Shown here piece by piece: positions 8,771 to 17,253 of a stretch of 64,000 nucleotides of DNA; position 1 is the stretch's first letter; every line of letters starts with the position of its first letter. A program made the position numbers and the translations under genes. Under the pieces are notes generated by a model that was given only the letters and a program-made list of their open reading frames with translations, searched no databases and had not been told where the DNA came from. This stretch comes from Desulfobacterales bacterium (GTDB lineage Bacteria; Desulfobacterota; Desulfobacteria; Desulfobacterales; JAHEIW01), in the NCBI GenBank assembly GCA_020348305.1, contig CP070746.1, positions 4,345,742-4,409,741 on the forward strand. Reading direction: 5' to 3'.

Positions 8771-9403
8771 TTACACAATCGTCCATTCAATCTTGAAATC
8801 GTTTTGAACGATGGAAGCAATATGGTCATAAAAAAAGTAGTGTTCGAGTTGCCATAATTTATTCATGTAATCGATCTCCAAATGATGATCGTCGATAATT
8901 CGATGAATTCGACATTTCAAAAGATCTTTAATGCCGGTTATGGAGGCTTTCAGAACCGCTTCTTTTGAGGTCCAGTAACGGAAAAATATTGCAAAATCCT
9001 TTTTCGATTGATCGGCAAGGGCCCATTCCGATTCGCCGGCGGTTTTTTTGAAAAGGCCCAGGGAACAGGGTTGGATTTTCTCGATATCGATGCCGATGGG
9101 TTCCGGAGCTACCACGCCGCCTACATATTCGGTTTTATGGGTTATGGCCCAATAGATATCATCAGAAGGCAGAGGGGCACCACTTTCATTTTTATTTAAT
9201 TCACCTAGTGAAATACAACTTTTTTTTGCGGATAATTTAAGCGCTTTTCTGGCATATCGGCCGAGAAAGGTGACCCGGTCTCGAGGTCTGAAATCCGTAA
9301 CATTTTTAGGTACCGATAGGATGACAGGGTTGAGAATTCGATTGCGGAATGCGGAATGCGGAATGCGGATTGAATCCGATGTCATGCGACCTCCGCGGGG
9401 CAT
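8771..9403 (-). CDS. 4'-phosphopantetheinyl transferase (Sfp-type); start uncertain (9403 or 9385)
   Basis: Motifs PIGIDIE and WTSKEAVLKA. The first ~25 codons run through the GGAATGC tandem repeat. Confidence 0.75.
   Translation of the reverse strand: MPRGGRMTSDSIRIPHSAFRNRILNPVILSVPKNVTDFRPRDRVTFLGRYARKALKLSAKKSCISLGELNKNESGAPLPSDDIYWAITHKTEYVGGVVAPEPIGIDIEKIQPCSLGLFKKTAGESEWALADQSKKDFAIFFRYWTSKEAVLKASITGIKDLLKCRIHRIIDDHHLEIDYMNKLWQLEHYFFYDHIASIVQNDFKIEWTIV
9334..9380. repeat. tandem heptamer repeat (AATGCGG x3 plus degenerate flanks) ending in a small hairpin
   Basis: gaattcg|attgcgg|aatgcgg|aatgcgg|aatgcgg|attgaat|ccgatgt; hairpin cggatt-ga-atccg. Same word family as 567-655. Confidence 0.8.
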
Positions 9404-9416
9404 GCAGATTTATTGT

Positions 9417-10331
9417 TTACAAATCTGGTAATTCTGTTTTCAAATTTCTAACATTTTGTTCTCTGAATCTCAGTGCTTCTTCATATATTTTTTTTTTGGG
9501 CAGATGATACTTTTTTGCCAGATGCCTGGCAATCTCTGAAACCTTTTCCTCGTTTGATTCTAGAGTTGATCTGATCTCTTTTCGCACTTCTTCCCAAGAA
9601 ATACTTTTTTTTTCTTTTCTTCCGCTTACCAAAAGGGTGCATTCACCTTTGATTTCCGATCGCTTTTTTAACTTTTCAATTATTTCTGACAGCAATCCTC
9701 TCACAAATTCTTCATGAAGCTTTGTCATTTCCCTGGCTAAGACGCCATTTCGATCACCCATAGTGGCAATGATTTCCTTTAAAAGCGAGAGAATTCGTTT
9801 AGGAGATTCGTAAAAAATGATCGTGCGCTGTTCGGTGGCAACCTCATTGAGTTGTTTCAGACGCTTTGCTTTTCTCTTAGAAAGAAAACCGGCAAAAACA
9901 AATGTATCTGTCGGAAAGCCTGCGACGCTGAGCGCAGCGGTGGCTGCGGACACGCCGGGAATGGGAACGAGTTTTATATTTTTGATTATGGCTGACTCGA
10001 TTAAGCGGTATCCGGGATCTGAAACAGAGGGTGTACCGGCATTAGAGACCAGGGCAATGGACACTCCGCTTTTTAATTTATTTATCAGTTTCGGTGTCCG
10101 TTTGTCTTCATTGTGTTCATGATAAGAGATCAAGCTGCATTTTATGTTGTGCCGTGTTAAAAATCTTCGGGTTTTTCGGGTATCTTCAGCAGCAATCAGG
10201 TCTACTTCGCGCAAAACATTGAGAGCTCTTAATGTGATGTCATCTTTGTTGCCGATCGGCGTGGCTACAACGTAAAGTTTGCCAACTTTATGACGACCTT
10301 CAGATTCATTCGTAGGCAAGTTCGAAGGCAT
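9417..10331 (-). CDS. rsmI: 16S rRNA (cytidine1402-2'-O)-methyltransferase
   Basis: LYVVATPIGNKDDITLRALNVLREVDLIAAEDTRKTRRFL is the RsmI N-terminal signature. Tetrapyrrole-methylase fold length. Confidence 0.9.
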   Translation of the reverse strand: MPSNLPTNESEGRHKVGKLYVVATPIGNKDDITLRALNVLREVDLIAAEDTRKTRRFLTRHNIKCSLISYHEHNEDKRTPKLINKLKSGVSIALVSNAGTPSVSDPGYRLIESAIIKNIKLVPIPGVSAATAALSVAGFPTDTFVFAGFLSKRKAKRLKQLNEVATEQRTIIFYESPKRILSLLKEIIATMGDRNGVLAREMTKLHEEFVRGLLSEIIEKLKKRSEIKGECTLLVSGRKEKKSISWEEVRKEIRSTLESNEEKVSEIARHLAKKYHLPKKKIYEEALRFREQNVRNLKTELPDL

Positions 10332-10677
10332 TTTTTATAATCTCTATTTTTGATTTATCGCGAGTTGCCGTGATTGTCACTACATCAAACCTTGCTTTGG
10401 CATTGCTGCGATCATTGGTTTTCAGGTAGTAAAGGGCGACCTTTGAAATTTTGCGTTGCTTTGCAGGGGTAACAGCCCCCTTTGGATTTCCGAATTGCCA
10501 TGATCGTCTGGATTTTACTTCAACAAAAACAATCGTATCCTTATCTTTGGCGATGATATCGATTTCACCCAATTTTGTCCGGTAATTCTTTTCAAGAATT
10601 TTATAGCCCTTTTTTTTGAGATACCGGACTGCAATGGATTCACCCTTCTCGCCGAATATTTGTCTTTGATTTAACAT
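10306..10677 (-). CDS. YraN-family (UPF0102) endonuclease-like protein
   Basis: 123 aa. GEKGESIAVRYLKKKGYKILEKNYRTKLGEIDIIAKDKDTIVFVEVKSR. It overlaps the rsmI start by 26 nt. Confidence 0.85.
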   Translation of the reverse strand: MLNQRQIFGEKGESIAVRYLKKKGYKILEKNYRTKLGEIDIIAKDKDTIVFVEVKSRRSWQFGNPKGAVTPAKQRKISKVALYYLKTNDRSNAKARFDVVTITATRDKSKIEIIKNAFELAYE

Positions 10678-10784
10678 GATGAATAGATCAGAATTTAAAA
10701 CTTTATTTGGGCCTTAAGGCAGAGTTATCTGATGATTGAATATTTAAGGAATTCTATCATCTTCAATTGAAAATCGTCAATTCG

Positions 10785-11390
10785 TTAAAGGTATTCTTTT
10801 ACTCCTTTAAAACTTCGCCGATGGATAAGAGAACAGCCGAATTTACGGATCGCTTCTTTGTGGGCTTTAGTCGGATATCCCTTGTGTTGGGGAAAGCAGA
10901 ATTGGGGATAATAAAGGTGATAACTTTCCATTAGCCTGTCCCGGGTGACTTTGGCAATTATAGATGCTGCGGAGATAGAGACACTCAGACTGTCTCCTTT
11001 GGCGATCGGTTTTTGGGGAAGTTGCGATGAAATGCGAAAGGTGCCGTCGATGAGAAGACAATCCGGTTTAGGATTAAGGTTATCCACCGCGATCGCCATT
11101 GCAAGCAGCGAGGCTTGAAGAATATTGATTCGATCAATCTCTACAGGGTCAACAATGCCAATTCCAATTGCGACGGCGTGCGCATATATTTTATCGTATA
11201 GCCGAGCACGTTTCTTTGCAGAGAGTTTCTTTGAATCCATCACGCCTGAAAGTGCAAAAGTAGATGGCAGGATAACTGCTGCAGAAACAACAGGGCCAGC
11301 CAAGGGACCCCGGCCGGCCTCGTCGATTCCAGCAATATCTCTATAGCCATTTTCTGTGGCTTCTTTTTCGAAAAACCACATATCTTTCAT
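10785..11390 (-). CDS. rnhB: ribonuclease HII
   Basis: IAGIDEAGRGPLAGPVVSAAV and the GDSLSVSISAASIIAKVTRD motifs. Confidence 0.9.
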   Translation of the reverse strand: MKDMWFFEKEATENGYRDIAGIDEAGRGPLAGPVVSAAVILPSTFALSGVMDSKKLSAKKRARLYDKIYAHAVAIGIGIVDPVEIDRINILQASLLAMAIAVDNLNPKPDCLLIDGTFRISSQLPQKPIAKGDSLSVSISAASIIAKVTRDRLMESYHLYYPQFCFPQHKGYPTKAHKEAIRKFGCSLIHRRSFKGVKEYL

Positions 11391-11563
11391 CAGAAGTCAG
11401 ATAACAGATGCCGGAGGGTGGAAGACAGATGTCAGCTCACAGATATCAGAGTTCAGATGACAGAATGAATAAAACGAAATTATGGTGCCTGCTTTCTGCC
11501 GCCTGTCTGCTGTTGTCTGATCTCTGTTTTCTGACTTCTAACTTCTGTCCTCTGTTATTTCGA
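11391..11563. repeat. 173-nt heptad-phased hairpin element filling the whole rplS-rnhB intergenic region (CAGnnnn arm / CTGnnnn arm)
   Basis: Split from 11391 in 7-nt steps, 9 of heptads 1-11 start with CAG, heptads 12-14 form the loop, and 9 of heptads 15-24 start with CTG (one CTA). The arm ends are complementary at 16 of 18 positions (cagaagtcagataacaga / tctgttttctgacttcta). Confidence 0.85.
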
Positions 11564-11911
11564 TTAATTAAGTCGCCGTTCTTTAATCCTTGCAGCTTTA
11601 CCGCGCAGTTTGCGCAGGTAGTAGATTTTTGCGCGGCGGACCCGACCGCGTGAAACCACCTCAACTTTGCTGATTACGGGAGAATGAAGCGGGAAGATAC
11701 GTTCGACACCAATACCGTAAGAAACTTTTCGAACTGTAAAGGTGGCATTGACGGTACCCTTGCGCTTGCTAATGACAACTCCCTGAAAAACCTGGATGCG
11801 TTCTTTTTCCCCTTCCTTTATTTTGACGTGGACTTTGACGGTATCACCTGGTCCGAAATCCGGTAGATCAAGTCGCATATTTTCCCTATCGATTTGCTTT
11901 AACTTTTCCAT
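11564..11911 (-). CDS. rplS: 50S ribosomal protein L19
   Basis: 115 aa; [29 protein letters not shown]...[19 protein letters not shown] Shine-Dalgarno sequence upstream. Confidence 0.95.
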   Translation of the reverse strand: MEKLKQIDRENMRLDLPDFGPGDTVKVHVKIKEGEKERIQVFQGVVISKRKGTVNATFTVRKVSYGIGVERIFPLHSPVISKVEVVSRGRVRRAKIYYLRKLRGKAARIKERRLN

Positions 11912-11925
11912 AACTCCTCCAGTCG

Positions 11926-12011
11926 TTCATCCGAATTATTTGTTAGTTATTCGTTATACGGCTATTTGTAACAGGGTGTTTGGTTATCAATTAACCAATA
12001 ACGAATAACCC
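11926..12011. repeat. heptad-phased hairpin element (TTAnnnn / TAAnnnn) between the SPOUT gene and rplS
   Basis: Perfect 12-bp inverted repeat gttattcgttat (11946-11957) / ataacgaataac (11998-12009). Nested hairpin tggtta-tcaat-taacca. Phase: ttatttg|ttagtta|ttcgtta ... taaccaa|taacgaa|taaccct. Confidence 0.8.
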
Positions 12012-12016
12012 TTTTT

Positions 12017-12577
12017 TTAATTTCTTGGGCCCAATAATCTATCCAAAATTATTGCCGCAGCAGATCGAACCGAGAGGTGATTGTAGTTTGTATTGCCTGC
12101 CACGGGCTCTAGTATGTAGTCAGCCTCTGTAATTGTTTCTTCGGTCAGGCCCCAACCCGTTCCAAAAACCAGCAAATGCGGCTTTCCGTCGCCCAACCGG
12201 CCGCGAAGTTTTTCAGAGCTGATACGTGACGGATATTTTTTTGCGCAGGTTACAACCGTTTTCGGGCAGGTTTTTTCGATGCTCCTTATATGGTTTGAAA
12301 CCTCAGCGAATGATTCCTTTATCTGTATCAGCTCCAATGCACTGCGTCTTGTTGGATTATAACGGGCCCCCGCGCCGCTTGTCCAATGGTCTATAATTCG
12401 CTTGGCAATTGCTATTTGATCCGCCAGCGGTGTTACCACATAAAAGGCTTTTACACCGTAAGTCTTTGCTGCCCGCGATATATCATGTAAGTCTAAATTG
12501 GTGACGGCCGATGCAATTATATCTCCGCTTTTGTTAATTACCGGATAATGGATCAGCGCCAGGTAAATTTTGGGCAT
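12017..12577 (-). CDS. predicted SPOUT-class RNA methyltransferase (family typically encoded between trmD and rplS)
   Basis: 186 aa. I recognised the family from memory of the uncharacterised methyltransferase gene found between trmD and rplS in Thermotoga and other lineages (IYLALIHYPV.NK.G......TNLDLHDI.R). No search was run. Confidence 0.6.
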   Translation of the reverse strand: MPKIYLALIHYPVINKSGDIIASAVTNLDLHDISRAAKTYGVKAFYVVTPLADQIAIAKRIIDHWTSGAGARYNPTRRSALELIQIKESFAEVSNHIRSIEKTCPKTVVTCAKKYPSRISSEKLRGRLGDGKPHLLVFGTGWGLTEETITEADYILEPVAGNTNYNHLSVRSAAAIILDRLLGPRN

Positions 12578-12598
12578 GAAATTCTATTTTTTAATTTA

Positions 12599-12673
12599 CC
12601 GCAGAGGCCACAGAGGGCACAGAGTAATATTTTTAATTATTTTCTCTGTGTTCTCAGTGCTCTCTGTGGTGAA
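12599..12673. repeat. 9-nt-period hairpin element (CACAGAGGn x3 / CTCTGTGnn x3) overlapping the trmD stop
   Basis: ccgcagagg|ccacagagg|gcacagag - AT-rich loop - ctctgtgtt|ctcagtgct|ctctgtggt. The trmD TGA stop (12654-12656) lies in the 3' arm. Confidence 0.8.
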
Positions 12674-13418
12674 GATTTAAGAGCTTTTCGATTTCGCGAT
12701 ACCACTTTTTTAAGATTTCAATTTCCTGCTCGCCCAGTTTTTTTTTCTGTAAAAGATCCGGTCTTTTTAAAAGGGTTCGCATCACGGATGAGCCAAGCCG
12801 CCATTGTTCTATTTCCTGGTGATGGCCTGACAACAATACCTCGGGGACTTCCTCGCCTTCAAAATTCCGCGGTCGTGTGTAGTGATCATGTTCCAGCAGG
12901 CCGTCTGAAAATGAATCCTTTTTCGCCGAATCCTCTCCGCCCAGGATGCCAGGGATCAAACGGGTTACGGCCTCAATCACCACCATAGCAGCCAATTCGC
13001 CGCCGGTGAGCACATAATCGCCGATGGATATTTCGTAATCGATAAACTCGTGGCTAATCCGCCCATCAACACCTTCATAACGACCGCAAACCAGAATCAG
13101 CTCCTCCCAGCTGGCCAATTGTTGAGCCGTGTGTTGATTGAATTTGCGTCCCTGGGGCGTCAGTAAAATCGATTTTGCAAATGGCGCTCTTCTTTTAGCC
13201 GCGCGAATACCCGCGGCCAATGGTTCGGGTTTCATGACCATACCGCTGCCACCGCCGTACGGTCTATCATCGGTCATCTGGTGCCGACCGCTTGCATAAT
13301 CTCTGATATTTATTGTTGAGGTAACTATCTTTTCTTGATCGATTGCCCGGCGGATGATTCCATGTGCCCAGAATGCATCAAACATTTCCGGGAAAATTGT
13401 CAGCACAATGAAATTCAT
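12654..13418 (-). CDS. trmD: tRNA (guanine37-N1)-methyltransferase
   Basis: MNFIVLTIFPEMFDAFWAHGIIRRAI..., DDRPYGGGSGMVM, ISIGDYVLTGGELAAMV. I chose the ATG at 13418 (254 aa) over the track start at 13514, which would overlap rimM by 65 nt. Confidence 0.9.
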   Translation of the reverse strand: MNFIVLTIFPEMFDAFWAHGIIRRAIDQEKIVTSTINIRDYASGRHQMTDDRPYGGGSGMVMKPEPLAAGIRAAKRRAPFAKSILLTPQGRKFNQHTAQQLASWEELILVCGRYEGVDGRISHEFIDYEISIGDYVLTGGELAAMVVIEAVTRLIPGILGGEDSAKKDSFSDGLLEHDHYTRPRNFEGEEVPEVLLSGHHQEIEQWRLGSSVMRTLLKRPDLLQKKKLGEQEIEILKKWYREIEKLLNLHHREH

Positions 13419-13449
13419 TAACCGATTCGTCACCTTCTTTATTCCAGCT

Positions 13450-13974
13450 TTATTCCAACCCCTCAGGTAATTCAACCCGCATGCGTTTCTTTTCAAGATC
13501 AATCGCTTGAACAACCGACTCGAGTGCCGGAATCAAAATCTCATCCTCGCCTTTTTTTACGACATAGACGTCATTGCTTCCGGTTTGGAGGATTGAATCC
13601 AGACGCCCGAGATAGTTGTTGTCGGTTGTAAACACCTCCAGTCCGATAAGATCATACCAGTAATATGATCCGTCATCCAGCTCAGGCAGTTGCGCCTTTT
13701 CAATAAACAGCTCGGAACCGATCAGCGCTTGTGCCTGAATGCGAGTCGTTACCCCTTTTAATGAAAGAAGATCAACTTTGGAGTGGGGTTTGGCCCAGTT
13801 GATTTCGTAGACGTTTTTCAGTCCGGAAGAAGTTGAGATAAGAATTTCGCTGCCGGGTTGGAAAACAGTTAGCGATTCAGCATACGAACGGATCTTGCAG
13901 TTTCCCTTTACACCGTGGGCACCAACAATCTTACCGATAAGGATTAAGCCCTTTTTCGCCGAGGAACTATTCAA
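13450..13974 (-). CDS. rimM: 16S rRNA processing protein RimM
   Basis: 174 aa; [22 protein letters not shown] and the PRC-barrel C-terminus. Canonical position upstream of trmD. Confidence 0.9.
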   Translation of the reverse strand: MNSSSAKKGLILIGKIVGAHGVKGNCKIRSYAESLTVFQPGSEILISTSSGLKNVYEINWAKPHSKVDLLSLKGVTTRIQAQALIGSELFIEKAQLPELDDGSYYWYDLIGLEVFTTDNNYLGRLDSILQTGSNDVYVVKKGEDEILIPALESVVQAIDLEKKRMRVELPEGLE

Positions 13975-14197
13975 TAATTTCTAGAACCGTACGTTTCTTT
14001 AATTTAGCAGATGCTGCGCTTAATATGGTGCGCATAGCTCGAGCGGTTCTGCCCTGTTTCCCGATTACCTTTCCTAAATCCTCTTTAGCCACTTTAAGTT
14101 CCAAGACCGAGGTCTGACCCCCCTCAACCTCAGTAACTTTGACCTCTTCCGGACGATCCACCAGTGCTTGAGCGATGTAACTGATCAGTTCTTTCAT
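13967..14197 (-). CDS. KH-domain RNA-binding protein (UPF0109/YlqC-like)
   Basis: 76 aa; [18 protein letters not shown] (GxxG KH motif). Canonical position between rpsP and rimM. Confidence 0.85.
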   Translation of the reverse strand: MKELISYIAQALVDRPEEVKVTEVEGGQTSVLELKVAKEDLGKVIGKQGRTARAMRTILSAASAKLKKRTVLEIIE

Positions 14198-14343
14198 AGT
14201 TCCATCTCCTTTGTTGGCGGTTGAGAGTCAGGGGTAATGTATGGACGAAACCTGAAATGGTTTTTTAATCTCGGATCATGTTCGATAGCTCCGCCAAATT
14301 TAGGCGGCACTATCCGACATTAGATCGGGTTATGAAGCCGCTT

Positions 14344-14598
14344 CTATGATTTTGCAGCAAAAAAACCCTCCCTTTTCAAAAGGCTTTTAACCGTATCTGT
14401 CGGGGCAGCCCCCTTGTCCATCCAGTATCGGATGCGTTCCTCTTCCATGGTGACTTTTGCCGGATCGTACTTCGGATCATACGTGCCGACCTTCTCCAGG
14501 AATCTACCGTCCCTTGGGCTTTCACTGTCGGCTACAACGATTCGATAAAATGGTCTTTTTTTCGCTCCGTGTCTGGCTAGTCTGATTTTAACGGCCAT
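14344..14598 (-). CDS. rpsP: 30S ribosomal protein S16
   Basis: [42 protein letters not shown]. Confidence 0.95.
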   Translation of the reverse strand: MAVKIRLARHGAKKRPFYRIVVADSESPRDGRFLEKVGTYDPKYDPAKVTMEEERIRYWMDKGAAPTDTVKSLLKREGFFAAKS

Positions 14599-14609
14599 AT
14601 CTACTTCTC

Positions 14610-15941
14610 CTAAAACGGCAGCATTCCCCGGGGCATCCCGCGCATGCCGCCTTTGTTGATTTTTTTGATCATTTTCAACACTTGCGAATAATTTTTTAAT
14701 ATCCGATTGACATCCTGTACCTGGGTGCCGCTTCCCTTGGCGATTCTTCGGCGGCGACTCCCATTTATAATGGTATGCTGGCGCCGTTCCTGAGCTGTCA
14801 TGGAATTGATAATCGCTTCGATTTTAATGAATTCTCTTTCGTCCACCTCGAGATTTTTCAGTTGCTTAACTTGCCCCATCCCCGGAATCATTTTGATTAA
14901 ATCGGTCAGCGATCCCATTTTGCGAACCTGGACCAACTGATCGCGAAAATCCTCAAGGGTAAACTCGCTTTTGCGAAGCTTCTTTTCAAGTTCGGCTGCT
15001 CTTTTTTCATCGACAACTTCCTGGGCTTTTTCAATTAAGGTAAGGACATCTCCCATGCCCAGAATATTTGAAGCCAGCCGATCCGGATGAAACGGCTCCA
15101 GCGCATTGAGCTTTTCTCCAACCCCGATGAACTTGATTGGCTTGCCGGTAATGGATTTGATGGAAAGTGCGGCACCCCCGCGAGCATCGCCATCCATCTT
15201 GGTGAGAATCACTCCACCAATATCGAGTTCTTCATTAAAAGACTTGGCAATGTTTACCGCATCCTGACCGGTCATCGCATCGGCGACCAGCATAATATCC
15301 GAAGGATTCAGCGCATCTTTAATGAAGCGGAGTTCGTTCATCAATTCTTCATCAATGTGCAAACGGCCGGCTGTGTCGAGCAGCAGGGTATCACATCCTT
15401 CTTGATGTGCGGCTGCCAGCGCATCCCGGCATATTTGGACCGGGTCCTCATCCACGCTGGATGGATATACCGGCACTTCGATCTGTTCGCCGAGTTTCTG
15501 AAGCTGATCAATCGCTGCGGGCCGATACACATCGGCCGGAACCAGATACGGATGCCTTCCTTTTTTTCTCAAAAAAATGGCAAGCTTTCCTGCTGTGGTG
15601 GTCTTTCCGGACCCCTGCAAGCCCACCAGCATCACCGATATCGGTGTTGGACCCGAAAGGTTCAATGCCTGATGACGGGAACCCATAAGTTTGGTCAGCT
15701 CTTCGTTGACGATTTTAACCACCTGTTGGCCGGGAGTCAAACTGCCCATAACCTCCCGACCCATCGTCCGCTCTTTGATATCGGCAATGAAGTTTTTGAC
15801 AACCCGATAATGGACATCGGCCTCGAGAAGGGCCATGCGAACTTCCTTTAATCCGGCCTCGATGTTCTTCTCGGTGAGTTTGCCGTGTCCTTTAAGTTTT
15901 TTAAAAACGGTGTTGAGTTTATCGCTTAAACTTTCAAACAT
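14610..15941 (-). CDS. ffh: signal recognition particle protein Ffh
   Basis: 443 aa; P-loop [35 protein letters not shown], and a Met-rich M domain. Confidence 0.95.
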   Translation of the reverse strand: MFESLSDKLNTVFKKLKGHGKLTEKNIEAGLKEVRMALLEADVHYRVVKNFIADIKERTMGREVMGSLTPGQQVVKIVNEELTKLMGSRHQALNLSGPTPISVMLVGLQGSGKTTTAGKLAIFLRKKGRHPYLVPADVYRPAAIDQLQKLGEQIEVPVYPSSVDEDPVQICRDALAAAHQEGCDTLLLDTAGRLHIDEELMNELRFIKDALNPSDIMLVADAMTGQDAVNIAKSFNEELDIGGVILTKMDGDARGGAALSIKSITGKPIKFIGVGEKLNALEPFHPDRLASNILGMGDVLTLIEKAQEVVDEKRAAELEKKLRKSEFTLEDFRDQLVQVRKMGSLTDLIKMIPGMGQVKQLKNLEVDEREFIKIEAIINSMTAQERRQHTIINGSRRRRIAKGSGTQVQDVNRILKNYSQVLKMIKKINKGGMRGMPRGMLPF

Positions 15942-16150
15942 AGCAAAATGGGCTTTGTTTTAATAAATTATTGAAAATATAATTTAAAGGGTGTTATGTC
16001 AAGTAAATTGTACAGTAGATTGGAATATTGGAGCACTGTTAAGCAGAGTTCGTTGAGAAATATTTTGTGCTGCAAATACCGACTAATAAAATCCCAAATT
16101 CCAAGCACCAAATTATATATATTAAGCTATGGTTGAAGGCCGTTTTTGAT

Positions 16151-17203
16151 ATGTTGACTGAACGTAAGAAAAAAAACATCCTCGATATTTCCCGCGATCA
16201 ACTACTCGCCTGGCTGGACAATCAGGGGATTGAATCCTATCGCGCTGATCAAATTTTAAAATGGATCTATCTTCGCCAGTCAGATACCTTTGAGGGAATG
16301 ACGGATTTGAGCAAACAGATCCGGCAATTATTGTCACAGCATTTTACCATCCTTCGGCTTGATATCGTTCGAATTGAAACCAGCAAAGACGGTTCACAAA
16401 AGTATTTATTCCGACTTAAAGACAATAAGCACATAGAATCTGTACTGATACCCGAAAGAGATCATTATACGCTATGTATATCCAGCCAGGTGGGATGTAT
16501 CCAAGATTGTCGATTTTGCCTGACGGCCATCGGCGGTTTTGAGCGAAATTTGACCGCCGCTGAGATTATTGCGCAGGTGCGGGATGTTAAAAACCTTTGT
16601 GATGATGCCAACCGCTTGAGCAATATCGTATTCATGGGGATGGGCGAACCCTTGGCAAACTATAAAAATCTGGTCAGCGCCATAAAGGTCATCACAGACA
16701 GTGATGCCGGACTGAGCTTTTCCAATCGGAAAGTCACGGTCTCTACAGCCGGTCTGATACCAAAACTTTCGGCCTTGGGTGATGACACCAAAGTTAATCT
16801 GGCGATTTCTTTGAATGCCACCGACAACAAAACCCGCAACAAATTGATGCCTTTAAATCGGAAATACCCGCTTGAACTGCTGCTGGAAGCCTGTCGCAAT
16901 TATCCTCTGGCTCCCGGGCGCCGGATCACCTTTGAGTATATTCTTATAAAAGGCATCAATGATTCGGAAGACGATGCCCGCCGGCTGGCCAAACTGTTGC
17001 GGCCCATTAAGGCCAAAATCAATCTAATACCTTTTAACACTCACGAAGGCTGTGAATATGAGCGCCCGGAGGAAACGGTGATCAATCGATTTCAGGAGAT
17101 TTTGATCCATAAAAACTATACTGTCATCATCCGTCACAGCAAGGGGCAGGATATTTCGGCTGCTTGTGGGCAGTTGAAGGCAAGATTAGGTATTGGGAAT
17201 TAG
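16151..17203 (+). CDS. rlmN: 23S rRNA/tRNA (adenine-C2)-methyltransferase, radical SAM
   Basis: CxxxCxxC motif GCIQDCRFC, GMGEPLAN, and C-terminal SAACGQL. I preferred the ATG at 16151 over the GTG at 16067. Confidence 0.9.
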   Translation: MLTERKKKNILDISRDQLLAWLDNQGIESYRADQILKWIYLRQSDTFEGMTDLSKQIRQLLSQHFTILRLDIVRIETSKDGSQKYLFRLKDNKHIESVLIPERDHYTLCISSQVGCIQDCRFCLTAIGGFERNLTAAEIIAQVRDVKNLCDDANRLSNIVFMGMGEPLANYKNLVSAIKVITDSDAGLSFSNRKVTVSTAGLIPKLSALGDDTKVNLAISLNATDNKTRNKLMPLNRKYPLELLLEACRNYPLAPGRRITFEYILIKGINDSEDDARRLAKLLRPIKAKINLIPFNTHEGCEYERPEETVINRFQEILIHKNYTVIIRHSKGQDISAACGQLKARLGIGN

Positions 17204-17211
17204 ATAGATGG

Positions 17212-17253
17212 CAGAAGTCAGATCTCAGCGTCCAGAGGGCAAAAAACCGAGAG
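17212..17253. repeat. half-copy of the CAG-heptad element immediately after the rlmN stop
   Basis: cagaagt|cagatct|cagcgtc|cagaggg|caaaaaa|ccgagag. The first 12 nt (cagaagtcagat) are identical to the start of the 11391 element. There is no complementary CTG arm. Confidence 0.6.

Noticed and set aside
11408-11664. ORFs 11408..11653 (+) and 11446..11664 (-) in the rplS-rnhB spacer
   Set aside because: They are translations of the heptad repeat element (for example SAACLLLSDLCFLTSNFCPLLF). The 7-nt periodicity is incompatible with coding constraint, and one of them overlaps rplS.
11391-12673. CRISPR array as an explanation for the short repeats
   Set aside because: The units are 7-9 nt with no unique spacers of 25-40 nt, and the arms are mutually complementary. 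No cas genes are present in the window.
12654-13514. Longer track versions of several genes: trmD from 13514, sucrose synthase from 22706, rlmN from 16067, the SagB-type gene from 31439, the ankyrin ORF from 29371, and the ADH from 51261
   Set aside because: The extensions overlap the upstream gene or add non-conserved residues before the recognisable family N-terminus. Internal ATG codons with better context were chosen.
15087-15851. 254-aa + strand ORF and neighbouring short ORFs
   Set aside because: They are antisense to ffh, whose GTPase motifs are unambiguous.
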